Below, in pieces: positions 17,908-27,766 of a DNA stretch of 64,000 nucleotides; within the stretch, counting starts at the first letter, position 1; each line of letters opens with the position of its first letter. The notes beneath the pieces were generated by a model, which saw only the letters and a program-made list of their open reading frames with translations, was not told the origin of the DNA and ran no database searches. Both the position numbers and the translations under genes were made by a program. The stretch is from contig CAVXTP010000017.1 of NCBI GenBank assembly GCA_963764715.1, positions 128,001-192,000 on the forward strand, written 5' to 3'. The DNA is from an uncultured Acidobacteriota bacterium. GTDB taxonomy: Bacteria > Acidobacteriota > Thermoanaerobaculia > UBA5066 > Gp7-AA6.

Positions 17908-19947
17908 CTAGAACTTTACGTCCAATCCGCCGGCGACGAGCCGTCCGGCGGCCGGATATCCCGCCGCCTCTTCGTACGCGTGGTTCGTCAGGTTGATCAT
18001 CCGCAGGTACGGGGCGAGGTTGCGCGTCGCCTGCCACCTTGCGACGAGGTCGACCCGCAGGTACGAGGGGTCCTCGACGCGGTCCCCCGTCCGCGGGTCC
18101 GCGTCGGCGCGCGGCCCGACGTAGAGGAGCCGCGGCGAGAGGTCCACCTCCGGGATCGGCATCCAGGAAAAGCCGAGGCTCGCGCCGTTCTCGGGCCGGC
18201 GCAGCAGCGGGTCTCCGGTCGCGAGGTCCTCGGTCTTCAGGTACATGTACGTCGCGTTCACCGCGAGCCGCGGAAGGACCGTCTGCTGCCAGCCGAGCTC
18301 GACGCCGTACGTGCGCGCGTGCCCGACGTTGAAGTTCTGGAAGGCCGCGAAGTCGTACACGATCAGGTCCGTCAGGTCGTTCCAGAAGACCGAGACCTCG
18401 GCCCGGCCGCCGTCGAAGTAGCGCTCCGCGCCGACCTCCGCCGAGACCGACCGCTCGGGCTTCAGGTCCGGGTTCCCGCTGAAGGGGTAGTAGAGCTCGC
18501 CGATCGAGGGCGCGCGAAACCCCGTGCCGCCCGAGGCGCGCACCTTCCAGAGCTTGTCGGAGGAGAGCCACGAGATCGTCCCGCGCGGGCTCCAGGCGTC
18601 GCCGTAGGTCGAGTAGTGGTCGTAGCGCAGGCCCGCCGCGAACGTGAACGCGCCGAACGTCACGGAGTCCTGGGCGCCGAGGCCCCAGAGCGTCGTCCGA
18701 TCGTCGTCGAGGTTGATCCCGAAGTTGCTCTCGTCGCTGACCTGCCAGCGCTGCCACGACGCGAAGGCCGTCAGCGTGTGGGCTCCGAGCCTCGCCGTGT
18801 CCGACACGTTGGCCTGCAGCGTCTGCGCGTCGGTCTGCGAGGCATAGCCGCCGGCGGTGTCGCGGTAGGAAGGCTCGGAGCGCACGCCCGCGAGGTTGAC
18901 GTCGAGCCGGTTCGAGTCGGAGAGGGCAAACGAGCCGGGGACCGACAGCCGCGTTTCGTGGGTCGTGCCGCGCGCCGTGCTCGGCAAACCGAGCGGGCCC
19001 GGGTTGCCGACCTCGCCGTCGTTCAGGCCCCACTCGATGCCGATGCGGCTCTTCTCGGAGAGACGCGCCTGGAGGCTGGCCGAGCCGTTGCGCTGGCGCC
19101 AGTCGCTGTTGGGGCGGTCGCCGTCGAACGCCACGTACCGGTAGCTCGCCGTCGCGGTGATCGGCCCGTCTCCCGCCGAGACGAAAGCCGAGCCCTGCCC
19201 CTGGCCCTCGTTGCCGGCCTCCCCCGTCGCCCGTCCCGAGACGCCGTCCGACCCCGGGCGCGTGAAGATCTGCACGACGCCGCCGATCGCATCCGAGCCG
19301 TAGAGCGCCGAGTACGGGCCGCGCGCGATCTCGATCCGCTCGATGTTCTCGGTCGTCATGCCCGACCAGTCGTAGCCCGAAAAATACGGCGAGTTCATCC
19401 GCACGCCGTCGACCAGGACGAGCGTCTGCGTCGAGTTGGTGCCGCGGGTGAAGAGCGAGGTCAGCGAGCCCGGCGTCCCGTAGCGCACGACGTCGAGGCC
19501 CGGGACCGAGCGCAGGACGTCCGACACGACCGCCGACTCGTGCTTCTCGAGCTCCTCGCGCGTCACGACCGTGATCGCCGAGCCGACCTCCGTCTCGTCC
19601 TCCGGCACCGAGGTCGCCGTGACGACGATGCTCTCGGAGGCGGGCGGGACCTGTTGCGCGAAGACGGGGCCCGCCGCCGCGAAGAGGACGGCGGCGGTGG
19701 CAAACGCCCGCACGCGACGGCGGCGCGACAGAGCGTCGAGGCCGAAGAGCGTCGCCGTGCCGAGTTTCTGGTGCGTTGCCCGTTTCGGGCCCCGGTACGT
19801 AGGGGCGGGGCTTGTCCCCGCCCGAGGGCGGCCACGAGGGCCGCCCCTGCGACCGAAGCAAGTCGCGAAGAAGAAGGAGAAGAAGGGTGGATGGGGAACG
19901 AGCCGGGACAGGGCGCCGAGCAGAACCAGCAGGATGGCAGTCGTCAT
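17908..19947 (-). CDS. btuB: TonB-dependent vitamin B12 receptor with N-terminal DUF6580-like/REP-derived extension
   Basis: TonB box ESIVVTAT, plug [46 protein letters not shown], terminal F; downstream of B12 riboswitch, upstream of pduO. Confidence 0.9.
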   Translation of the reverse strand: MTTAILLVLLGALSRLVPHPPFFSFFFATCFGRRGGPRGRPRAGTSPAPTYRGPKRATHQKLGTATLFGLDALSRRRRVRAFATAAVLFAAAGPVFAQQVPPASESIVVTATSVPEDETEVGSAITVVTREELEKHESAVVSDVLRSVPGLDVVRYGTPGSLTSLFTRGTNSTQTLVLVDGVRMNSPYFSGYDWSGMTTENIERIEIARGPYSALYGSDAIGGVVQIFTRPGSDGVSGRATGEAGNEGQGQGSAFVSAGDGPITATASYRYVAFDGDRPNSDWRQRNGSASLQARLSEKSRIGIEWGLNDGEVGNPGPLGLPSTARGTTHETRLSVPGSFALSDSNRLDVNLAGVRSEPSYRDTAGGYASQTDAQTLQANVSDTARLGAHTLTAFASWQRWQVSDESNFGINLDDDRTTLWGLGAQDSVTFGAFTFAAGLRYDHYSTYGDAWSPRGTISWLSSDKLWKVRASGGTGFRAPSIGELYYPFSGNPDLKPERSVSAEVGAERYFDGGRAEVSVFWNDLTDLIVYDFAAFQNFNVGHARTYGVELGWQQTVLPRLAVNATYMYLKTEDLATGDPLLRRPENGASLGFSWMPIPEVDLSPRLLYVGPRADADPRTGDRVEDPSYLRVDLVARWQATRNLAPYLRMINLTNHAYEEAAGYPAAGRLVAGGLDVKF
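19799..19850. repeat. REP doublet inside the btuB ORF
   Basis: GTAGGGGCGGGGCTTGTCCCCGCCC followed by inverted partner GGGCGGCCACGAGGGCCGCCCCTGC, same pair as 42412-42470. Confidence 0.9.
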
Positions 19948-20056
19948 TCGAACCTCCCGTTCGACAGGACGGATCTCTCGAACGGTTCGAGAAGCGTCCC
20001 GCGCCCCGGGAATTCGAAGGCGCGTCTCTCGTGTGGCCCCGTCCGAGAAGCGTGTC

Positions 20057-20253
20057 GTTCGGCAGGTCTCCTGGCTTCCGGATCGACCGCCTGCGGGCTC
20101 CTTCCCGGCTGCGCAACCGGCGTGTGCCGATCTCTCGCATCCAGTGGTTTGCCGCCCGAGGCGTCCCCGGTGACAGTGGCGGGGGCCGCGTGGGATTCAC
20201 ACCCACTTCCCTTGGCCGAACGAGTCAAAGAGCGCGAAGGGCTGGAACCATAA
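20057..20253 (-). promoter_or_regulatory. Cobalamin riboswitch
   Basis: Minus strand: GGTTCC..AAGGGAAGTGGGTGTGAATCCCACGCGGCCCCCGCCACTGT..CCACTG..GGGAAG..AAGCCAGGAGACCTGCC. Confidence 0.95.
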
Positions 20254-20298
20254 CGCCTCGTCCGCCTCCGCGCAACCTCCGCATAGAATGCCGCCAGA

Positions 20299-21078
20299 AT
20301 GCGGGGCCCCGACTACACGCTCGACCTCGATCGCCTCCGGCGCGTCGGCTTCCCGGAGGTCGTGCTCGCGCAGGGAAAGAGCGCGGAGCAGGTCGTCGAG
20401 ATCTGCCGACAGCTCTCCCGGGCGCACGACGTGCTCGTCACGCGGCTCTCCCCCGACGCCTGGGCCGAGGTCGCGGTCTCGCCGCTGCCGGGGCGGGCCG
20501 ACTACGATCCGCGCTCCGAAACCCTGCACCTCTCGGTCGGGAAGCCCATGCCCCGCGTCGAGGGCTCGGTCGCAATCGTCACGGCCGGCACCTCCGACAT
20601 GCCGGTCGCGCTCGAGGCGCGGCGCGCGCTCGAGTACCTCGGCGTCGCCTCGGCGATCGTTCCGGACGTGGGCGTCGCCGGCGTGCTGCGGCTCCTCTCG
20701 CGCCTCGAGGAGATCGAGCGCGCCGAAGTCATCCTCGCCGTCGCCGGCATGGAGGCCTCGCTCTTCTCGGTCATCGCCGGCCTCGTCGGCAAGCCCATCA
20801 TCGCCGTGCCCACCTCGCGCGGGTACGGCGCCGCCTTCGGCGGGCTCGCCTCGCTTCTCTCCGCCGTCAACTCCTGCGCCAACGGAGTGACGGCGGTCAA
20901 CATCGACTCCGGCTACGCCGCTGCCATGGCGGCCTACCGGATACTCTCGGGAGGGCCTCGCCGATGGGACCGAAAGGAAAAAGAGCCGACAGCGCCAAAG
21001 ACTACGTCCACGCCGCCGGCGTCGGCGTCGACCGCCGGCGGAAAAAAGCGCTCCTCGGCCGCCCGACGACGCCGGTAA
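20299..21078 (+). CDS. larB: LarB-like pyridinium-3,5-biscarboxylic acid mononucleotide synthase (AIR carboxylase fold)
   Basis: LDLDRLRRVGFPEVV, TAGTSD, DVGVAG, AGME, VPTSRGYG, NSCANG..VNIDSGY. Confidence 0.88.
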   Translation: MRGPDYTLDLDRLRRVGFPEVVLAQGKSAEQVVEICRQLSRAHDVLVTRLSPDAWAEVAVSPLPGRADYDPRSETLHLSVGKPMPRVEGSVAIVTAGTSDMPVALEARRALEYLGVASAIVPDVGVAGVLRLLSRLEEIERAEVILAVAGMEASLFSVIAGLVGKPIIAVPTSRGYGAAFGGLASLLSAVNSCANGVTAVNIDSGYAAAMAAYRILSGGPRRWDRKEKEPTAPKTTSTPPASASTAGGKKRSSAARRRR

Positions 21079-22082
21079 AGATCCGCAAGTCGACCACCGT
21101 CTCCCAGCTCCTCGATTCCTACCGCGACGCTTCGTTCCAGGCGAGGGCCCTCGGCAAGGCGGCCGCGGTCTTCGAGGGAATGCTCCGCGACCGCCAGCGG
21201 CCGACCATCATGCTGGGCCTCGCCGGGTCGCTCATCGCGGCCGGCATGCGCCAGGTCATCGTCGACCTGATCCAGGAAAACATGGTCGACGTCGTCGTCT
21301 CGACCGGCGCGATCATCTCGCAGGACTACTACCAGGTCCTCGGCGGCCGCCACTACCACGGCCACGCCGACGCCGACGACAAGGAGCTGCGCGACCTCTA
21401 CATCGACCGGCTCTACGACACCTTCATCGACGAGGAGAAGTACTGGGCGACCGACCTCGCCGTCTCCCGGTTCGCGGATTCGCTCGCGGGCCAGTCGATG
21501 TCCTCGCGCCAGTTCCTGGCGCTCCTGGCGCAGAAGGCGCGCCGAGACAAGGGCTCGATCCTCGGCGCCTGCGCGCGCCACGGCGTGCCCCTCTTCGTGC
21601 CGGCCCTGAACGACTCGTCGATCGGCATCGGCCTGACCGAGCACTACCACCGGGCGCGCCAGGAGGGCCGCGAGCCCTTCCGGATCTCCTCGATCGCCGA
21701 CAACTACGAGCTCACCCAGATCGTCGTGAAGAGCTCCGCGACCGCCGCCGTCTACGTCTCGGGCGGCGTCCCGAAGAACTACATCAACGACTCGATCGTG
21801 ATGTCCTACATCTTCGGGCTCGACACCGGCGGCCACAAGTACGCCCTCCAGATCACGACCGACGCGCCGCACTGGGGCGGCCTCGGCGGCTCGACGCTCT
21901 CGGAAGCGACTTCGTGGGGCAAGGTCGCGAAGAAGGCGACGCACGAGATGGCCTTCATCGAGACGTCGGTGGCCCTGCCGCTCCTCTACGGCTACGCCTT
22001 CCAGAAGAACGCGGCGAAGGGACGCACGCGCCTCGCCTACGACTGGCGCGGCGACATCCTCAAGTCCCTCAAGCGGGTATAG
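20964..22082 (+). CDS. Deoxyhypusine synthase-like protein (homospermidine synthase-type)
   Basis: ASFQAR, VSTGA, IDRLYDT, DSSIG, GGVPKN, GGLGGSTLSEATSWGKV with catalytic Lys. Confidence 0.92.
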   Translation: MGPKGKRADSAKDYVHAAGVGVDRRRKKALLGRPTTPVKIRKSTTVSQLLDSYRDASFQARALGKAAAVFEGMLRDRQRPTIMLGLAGSLIAAGMRQVIVDLIQENMVDVVVSTGAIISQDYYQVLGGRHYHGHADADDKELRDLYIDRLYDTFIDEEKYWATDLAVSRFADSLAGQSMSSRQFLALLAQKARRDKGSILGACARHGVPLFVPALNDSSIGIGLTEHYHRARQEGREPFRISSIADNYELTQIVVKSSATAAVYVSGGVPKNYINDSIVMSYIFGLDTGGHKYALQITTDAPHWGGLGGSTLSEATSWGKVAKKATHEMAFIETSVALPLLYGYAFQKNAAKGRTRLAYDWRGDILKSLKRV

Positions 22083-22088
22083 CGGGCG

Positions 22089-22673
22089 ATGCGCGAGCTC
22101 GGCCGCGTCGTCCGCCTGCAGGTCCAGACCGGCGGCCTCAAGCGCGGCGAGCGGCCGAACCGCGTCTACGACCCGGGACCGCTCCTGGCCGTGACGGAGC
22201 TCCTGCTGACGCCCCGGGGCACCGCGGGCGCGATGCCGCACGGCGAGGTCGTCCTCGACGTGCACCACGCAGACCATCCCGCGTCGAAAGCGGCCCCCGG
22301 CCGCGAGGCATCCTTCGGCTTCACCAGCCACTACGCGAAGATGCACGAGCGCTTCGGGGACCGGATGGTCCCCGGCTGCGCGGGCGAGAACATCCTCGTC
22401 GAAGCGCCGGAGATCCACCGCCTCGAGGACTTCGCCCGCGGGCTCGCGTTCCGAAGCGCCTCGACCGGCGCGCTCCTGCGGCTCGCGGCGGTCTCGGTCG
22501 CCGAGCCCTGCGTGGAGTTCTCGCGCTTCTCGCTCGGCGAGGCGGAGTCGTCCCCGCAGGACCTGAAGCCCGTCCTCCAGTTCCTCGGGGAAGGGCTTCG
22601 CGGCTACTGCTTCACGCCCGCCGCCGACTTCACGCTGCGCCCGGGCGACGCCCTCGTGGCCGCGGCACGCTGA
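22089..22673 (+). CDS. MOSC domain protein
   Basis: AGENILVE, EPCVEF, LRGY, LRPGD. Confidence 0.75.
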   Translation: MRELGRVVRLQVQTGGLKRGERPNRVYDPGPLLAVTELLLTPRGTAGAMPHGEVVLDVHHADHPASKAAPGREASFGFTSHYAKMHERFGDRMVPGCAGENILVEAPEIHRLEDFARGLAFRSASTGALLRLAAVSVAEPCVEFSRFSLGEAESSPQDLKPVLQFLGEGLRGYCFTPAADFTLRPGDALVAAAR

Positions 22674-22677
22674 CGCC

Positions 22678-23292
22678 GTGCGCGCCATCGTCCGCATCGT
22701 CCCCTGGGTCCTGGCGCTCTTCTTCGCGGCGGCGAGCGCCGCGCTGATCGTCCGCCTCGCGACGACCGTGCGCGAGTCGCGCCGCGTCGAGGCCGCCCCC
22801 GTCGTCGAGGCGATCCGGAAGATCGCGCACCTCGCGACGGTCGAGGCGCAGATCACGGACGTCCTGCGCTTCGAAGAGGTCAAGACGTTCCTGATCTTCG
22901 ACTTCCCGAAGACCGCGACGATCCGCATGCGCGGCAAGGCGATCGCGGGCTTCGATCTCGCGTCGCCCGACTTTCGCGTCCGGCCCGACGAAGAGCGGCG
23001 GGTGCTGACGGTCGAGCTTCCGCCGCCGCGCATCCTCGCGATCGATCCGCGACTCGAGTGGTTCGACGAGTCGAGCGGCCTCTTCAATCCCATCACGCCG
23101 CAGGACCGGACGCGCTGGATGCTCTGGGCCCGTGGCCAGCTCGCGCGCGCCGCGAAGAACTCCGGGATCGAGGCCCGCGCCGTCGAGCACGCGCAGGAGC
23201 TCCTCTCGACGGCCGGCGCGGCGCTCGGCTGGACGGTGCGGGTGAGCGCCGGGCCGAGCGGCGCGAACGCGACCCCGGTGCCGACGCCGTAG
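22678..23292 (+). CDS. DUF4230 family membrane-anchored protein
   Basis: N-terminal TM; LATVE, GKAIAGFDL, LPPPRIL. Confidence 0.8.
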   Translation: MRAIVRIVPWVLALFFAAASAALIVRLATTVRESRRVEAAPVVEAIRKIAHLATVEAQITDVLRFEEVKTFLIFDFPKTATIRMRGKAIAGFDLASPDFRVRPDEERRVLTVELPPPRILAIDPRLEWFDESSGLFNPITPQDRTRWMLWARGQLARAAKNSGIEARAVEHAQELLSTAGAALGWTVRVSAGPSGANATPVPTP

Positions 23293-23454
23293 GGAGGGCG
23301 CCGGGGCCGTAGGGGCGGGGCTTGTTCCCGCACTCGTGCATCTCGCCATATCCGAACGGAGGGCGCCCACGAGGGGCGCCCCTACGACCGTGACCGGATT
23401 CCGCCACCCGGCAAATTACGAGCCCCGTCGTAGGGGCGGGGCTTGTCCCCGCCC
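23289..23454. repeat. REP cluster (three GTAG palindromes plus a degenerate one)
   Basis: 23309-23333 (+), 23361-23385 (-, GTAGGGGCGCCCCTCGTGGGCGCCC), 23430-23454 (+). Confidence 0.88.
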
Positions 23455-23458
23455 TCTG

Positions 23459-23490
23459 AAAACAAAAACGCCCCGGTTGCCCGGGGCGTT
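23459..23490 (-). terminator. Rho-independent terminator
   Basis: AACGCCCCGG-GCAA-CCGGGGCGTT followed by TTTGTTTT. Confidence 0.85.
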
Positions 23491-23511
23491 CGAATTCCGG
23501 ATCAGTGCGCC

Positions 23512-24607
23512 TTACAGCGCTTCGCCCTTGAGCGGGATCTCGATGACGCTCTTCTCCTTGTCGGTCGTGTGGAGCGTGACCTTGCCGTCGACGGCGCCCT
23601 TCTTCACCTTGTCCGAGGCCTTGACGACGACGGTGTAGGAAACGCCCTCCTGGGTCGGCACGACGTCGGTCATGAAGCCCGGGATCGAGACCTCGGCCTT
23701 CGTGACCTTGACCGGCGTTCCCGGCTTGTTGTTCGTCACGACGATGTTGCGGGTGATGGGGTCCTTGCCCGCCGTGAAGTTGCCGAAGTTGACCGTGATC
23801 GGCGAGACCGAGACGCGCGGCCGCACGATGCCCGAGACCGGGATCTCGAGGGTCGGCTGCTGCTGGACGCCGGTCGTGACGCGGACCGGGGCGTTCAGGA
23901 GGCCTTCGGGAGCGTCGGGCAGCACCGAGACGTTCAGCTTGTACTGGTCGCCCGGACGCCCGGCGATCTTGTCCTTGTCGCCGGCCGGCGAGATCTCGGC
24001 CTTGACGTACGGCTGGGCGGTCTCGGCGACGGTCGGCTTGAAGCCCTTCTCCTCGGAGATCAGGATGACGTCCTGCGAGGCCGGGTCGCCCTTGACGACC
24101 GAGAAGCGCACGTACTGCTGGGGAGCGACGTCGACGAAAGGCTTGACGACCGCCTTGACGAAGAGGTTCATCTGCGGGCGGTCGGGGTCGTTCGAGACGA
24201 CGAGGACCGACTTGGAGATCGGCCCCGAGAAGCTCTTGGTGTCGACACTCGTGTGGACCTTGCCCTCGGTTCCGGGCTTGATGACCTTGTCGAAGGAGGA
24301 GACCGTGCAGCCGCAGGAGGGACGGGCGTCCGAGATGATCAGGTCCGAGCCGCCCGAGTTCTTGATCACGAAGTCGGTCTCGATGACCTGGCCCTTCGGG
24401 ACCGTGCCCATGTCTTTGGTCTCCTGACCGATGTCGATCTTGGGGGCGGCGACCGCCTTGCCGGCCGCCGGGGCCTTCGCGGCCGCCTGGGGCGCCGGGG
24501 ACGCCGATGCCGCCGACTTCGACTCGGCGGGCTTCTGGGCCAGAGGCCACCCCGGCCGTCAGGAGCGCGGCGAACGCGAGCCGGCCGATTTTCAGGACAT
24601 GACGCAT
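23512..24607 (-). CDS. DUF1573 (Ig-like) exported protein; one +1 frameshift near 24541
   Basis: SD AGGAGG, signal peptide MRHVLKIGRLAFAALLTAGVA then shift to AQKPAESK..; RPSCGCT motif; length 3n+1. Confidence 0.82.
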
Positions 24608-24710
24608 CTTCAGTTTCCTCCTGTATTTCGGGATGCCGAAGCGCTGAAACCCTCGAAATTTCGGGGTTATTTCCGAAAACCGTCTAATTAGACCAGACTC
24701 CGCGGGCGAG

Positions 24711-26111
24711 ATGTCGGAAATCCGCCGGTTCCACTTCGTCCCCATCGGCGGGACGGCCATGGTCCCCCTCGCGGCCCTGCTCCTCGAGGAAGGCCATCGG
24801 GTCACCGGAAGCGACCTGAAGCTCTATCCGCCCATGTCGACCACCCTGGAACGGCTCGGCATCCCGGTCGCCGAGGGGTTCGCCGCCGGCCACGTCCCGG
24901 AGGACTGCGACGTAGTCGTCGTCGGGAACGCCGCCTCGCGGGACAACGTCGAGGCGAGCGAGGCGACGCGGCGGGGCCTGCCTGTCCTCTCCCTGCCACA
25001 GGCGATCCGCCAGTACCTCCTGCCCGGGAAGACCTCGGTCGTGATCACCGGCACGCACGGGAAGACGACGACCACGGCCCTGACCTCGTGGCTGCTCCTC
25101 GACGCCGGCCGCGACCCGGGCTTCATCGTCGGCGGGCAGATGCAGAACCTCGGCCGCGGCTACCGCCGGGGGGCCGGGCCGCATTTCGTGCTCGAAGGCG
25201 ACGAGTACAACGCGGCGTACTTCGACCGCGGGCCGAAGTTCCTCCACTACGAGCCGAAGCACCTCTTCGTCGGCAACATCGAGTACGACCACGCCGACCT
25301 CTACCCGGACCTCCCGTCGATCGTCGAGGCGTTCCGCCAGGTCGTGCGCATCGTTCCGGAGGGCGGAACGATCGTCGTCAACGCCGACGACCCGCGCGTC
25401 GTGGACGTCGCGAAGGACGCGCGCGCGGCGGTCGTCCGCGTGTCGCTCGACGATCCCGGCGCCGACTTCTCGGCGCGCGACATCGTGTTCGGCCCGGAGG
25501 GCACGCAGTTCACGCTCCTCGAAGCGGGGCTGCCGACCGCGCGGCTCGCCTCGCCCCTCTCCGGCGTCCACAACGTCCGCAACGCTCTCGGCGCGATCGC
25601 GCTCGTGCGCGGCCTCGGGCTCTCCTCGACCGAGGTCGCGCGCTCGCTCCCCCGCTTCGGGGGCGTCAAGCGCCGGCTCGAGGTCAAGGGCGAGAAGAAC
25701 GGCATCCTCGTCGTGGACGACTTCGCCCACCATCCGACGGCCGTCGCCGGGACGCTCCTCGCCGCGCGCGCGAAGTTCCCGGGCCGCCGGATCTGGGCGC
25801 TCTTCGAGCCTCGCTCGAACACGGCGGGACGGAAGGTCTTCGAGGAGGAGTATGCCGAGGCTTTCGCCGGAGCCGACGCCGTCGTCCTCGCTCCGGTCTT
25901 CCACGCGCAGCGCCTGACGCCCGACAAGCAGATCGACCGGGCCGCGCTCGCCTCCCGGTTCTCGGCCGCCGGCAAGCCGGCCTTCGCGCCCGGCTCGATC
26001 GACGAGATCCCCGGGATCCTCCGGCGCGAAGCGCGCGCGGGCGACGTGCTCCTGCTGATGTCCTCGGGCGCCTTCGGAGGTCTGCCCGAGACGCTGCTCG
26101 ACCGGTTGTGA
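24711..26111 (+). CDS. mpl: UDP-MurNAc:L-Ala-gamma-D-Glu-meso-DAP ligase (murein peptide ligase)
   Basis: IGGTAM, YPPMST, GTHGKTTT, EGDEY..YFD, DDFAHHPTA, FEPRSNT, MSSGAFGG. Confidence 0.92.
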   Translation: MSEIRRFHFVPIGGTAMVPLAALLLEEGHRVTGSDLKLYPPMSTTLERLGIPVAEGFAAGHVPEDCDVVVVGNAASRDNVEASEATRRGLPVLSLPQAIRQYLLPGKTSVVITGTHGKTTTTALTSWLLLDAGRDPGFIVGGQMQNLGRGYRRGAGPHFVLEGDEYNAAYFDRGPKFLHYEPKHLFVGNIEYDHADLYPDLPSIVEAFRQVVRIVPEGGTIVVNADDPRVVDVAKDARAAVVRVSLDDPGADFSARDIVFGPEGTQFTLLEAGLPTARLASPLSGVHNVRNALGAIALVRGLGLSSTEVARSLPRFGGVKRRLEVKGEKNGILVVDDFAHHPTAVAGTLLAARAKFPGRRIWALFEPRSNTAGRKVFEEEYAEAFAGADAVVLAPVFHAQRLTPDKQIDRAALASRFSAAGKPAFAPGSIDEIPGILRREARAGDVLLLMSSGAFGGLPETLLDRL

Positions 26112-27766
26112 GCCGTCGCCGGATTCTCGTCGCCATCCTGGGAGTCGCGGGACTCGCGCTCTACCTCTGGCCGGCCCTGACCGCGCCCGTCGTCCTGTGG
26201 TCCGACAGCGAGATCGATCTTGCTTGGGCCAGGGCAGGACAAGGGATCGTGACGCCAGCGGGAACCCCAGGGCACGCCGCAAAACCGGGCTATCTCCTTT
26301 TCTTGCGCGTCGCTCTGGCGCTCGGCGGAGGAACGCCGCGGGGGGTCGTCGTCTTTCAGTCGATCCTGGTCGTCGGCGCGATCATGGTCGCCTCCTTTCT
26401 CGTGGGCCGCCGCTACGGCCTCGGATTCGGAACCGCCTTTTATGCCCTCGAGTTGTTTTTCCTCCGCACGCGGGATGCCGCCAGCTCCGTCATGAGCGAG
26501 TCCCTCTCGGCGGCAATCTTCCTGCTCGTCGTCGTCGCCCTGCTGGAGCCGCCCCGGCGGCGGTCCGCCCTGGCGGCGCTCGGACTCGCTGTTGGCTTCC
26601 TCTTCCTGGTCCGGCCCAACGTCGGCGCCGCGGCTGGCCTGCTCGCTGCAGCGAGGCTCGCCGCGGAGCGCGAAACGTGGCGGGGACTCGCGGTCTTCGA
26701 CGCGACCGCGGCCGCACTCGTTCTGCCAATCTGGCTCGCCACCGCGGGAGGCTCCGCCGCCGGGACCCGCGGCCTCGCTTTTCAGGTCCTCGAGGCGAGC
26801 GTCGACGACCTGTGGACGCCGGAACTCGGCCGGATCTTTCGCGAAGGCGCGCCGAACGACATCGCGCGCAAATGGCAACGCGAGGCCTTGTCCCGGTGGC
26901 GCGCGACCATCGCGCGCGGAGGGCCCGACGCGACGCGCCAGATCGTCTGGAGGCTGACGCACGGGTTGCTCGGGACCGAGTTTTACGACGCGACTTGGTC
27001 ACCCGCTTACCGCGCCTTCTCCACGATCTCGCGCCTCGCGGCGCCTTTCTTGGTACTTGCCGCAGCCGGCTTCCTGGTAGCCCTGCCCTGGCGCGGCGAG
27101 ACAGGGAAGCTCAAGACGCTCGGGATCCTTCTGCTCGCCCTGCTCTTGATTCAGAATCTCGTCATCGGTTCGCTCCCGCGCTATGTCCTGCCGATGATTC
27201 CGGCTCTCCTCGGCCTCGGACTCCTCGCGGCCCGTGCGCTCGGTCGCTCTTCGCTGCCGCGGCTGGTGTTGGCCGCCGCCATGTTTCTCCTCGCCGTTGC
27301 CGCACTAAGGCGCTTTCCGTCCGGTCTCGGATGGGAATGGGGCCGCTTGGCAGAGGCCGGCGAGCGAATCGCGTTCCGCGTCCCGCGCGCCGCCCTTCCT
27401 CGGAGCGGCCCGGCGGTGCTCCACCTTCGCGTCGCCCCTTCGTTGCTGCCGACACTCGCCGACGCCTCGATCGTCGACGCCTCGGGACTCGTCCTGCCCA
27501 AAGTCCCGTCGGGTTCCGAACCGATTCGCGCGGAATTGGCCGTCGCCCTTCCTGAAGGCCTGCTTCGTGCCAATCTTGATTCCGATCTCGACTTCGAGCT
27601 CGTCGCCACCGGCGACTACGGGCCGGTTCACTACATGCTCTTTCCCGTGATTCCCCGGCCGTTCAAAGGCCAGGCACGACGCCTGCCCTCCGGCGAGCTC
27701 TCACCAACGACTGGGATCGCCGCCGGCGGACTCGACTGGTGGGCGCACGGGCCTCCGATTCCTTAG
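26108..27766 (+). CDS. Polytopic membrane protein, probable GT-C glycosyltransferase
   Basis: GTGA overlap with mpl; WSDS, KPGYLLFL, MSESL, LVRPN, PRYVLP. Confidence 0.65.
   Translation: MSRRRILVAILGVAGLALYLWPALTAPVVLWSDSEIDLAWARAGQGIVTPAGTPGHAAKPGYLLFLRVALALGGGTPRGVVVFQSILVVGAIMVASFLVGRRYGLGFGTAFYALELFFLRTRDAASSVMSESLSAAIFLLVVVALLEPPRRRSALAALGLAVGFLFLVRPNVGAAAGLLAAARLAAERETWRGLAVFDATAAALVLPIWLATAGGSAAGTRGLAFQVLEASVDDLWTPELGRIFREGAPNDIARKWQREALSRWRATIARGGPDATRQIVWRLTHGLLGTEFYDATWSPAYRAFSTISRLAAPFLVLAAAGFLVALPWRGETGKLKTLGILLLALLLIQNLVIGSLPRYVLPMIPALLGLGLLAARALGRSSLPRLVLAAAMFLLAVAALRRFPSGLGWEWGRLAEAGERIAFRVPRAALPRSGPAVLHLRVAPSLLPTLADASIVDASGLVLPKVPSGSEPIRAELAVALPEGLLRANLDSDLDFELVATGDYGPVHYMLFPVIPRPFKGQARRLPSGELSPTTGIAAGGLDWWAHGPPIP

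Noticed and set aside
23289-23454. Clustered 25-bp repeats as a CRISPR array
   Set aside because: Mixed orientation, irregular spacing, dispersed copies and no cas genes; they fit GTAG REPs.
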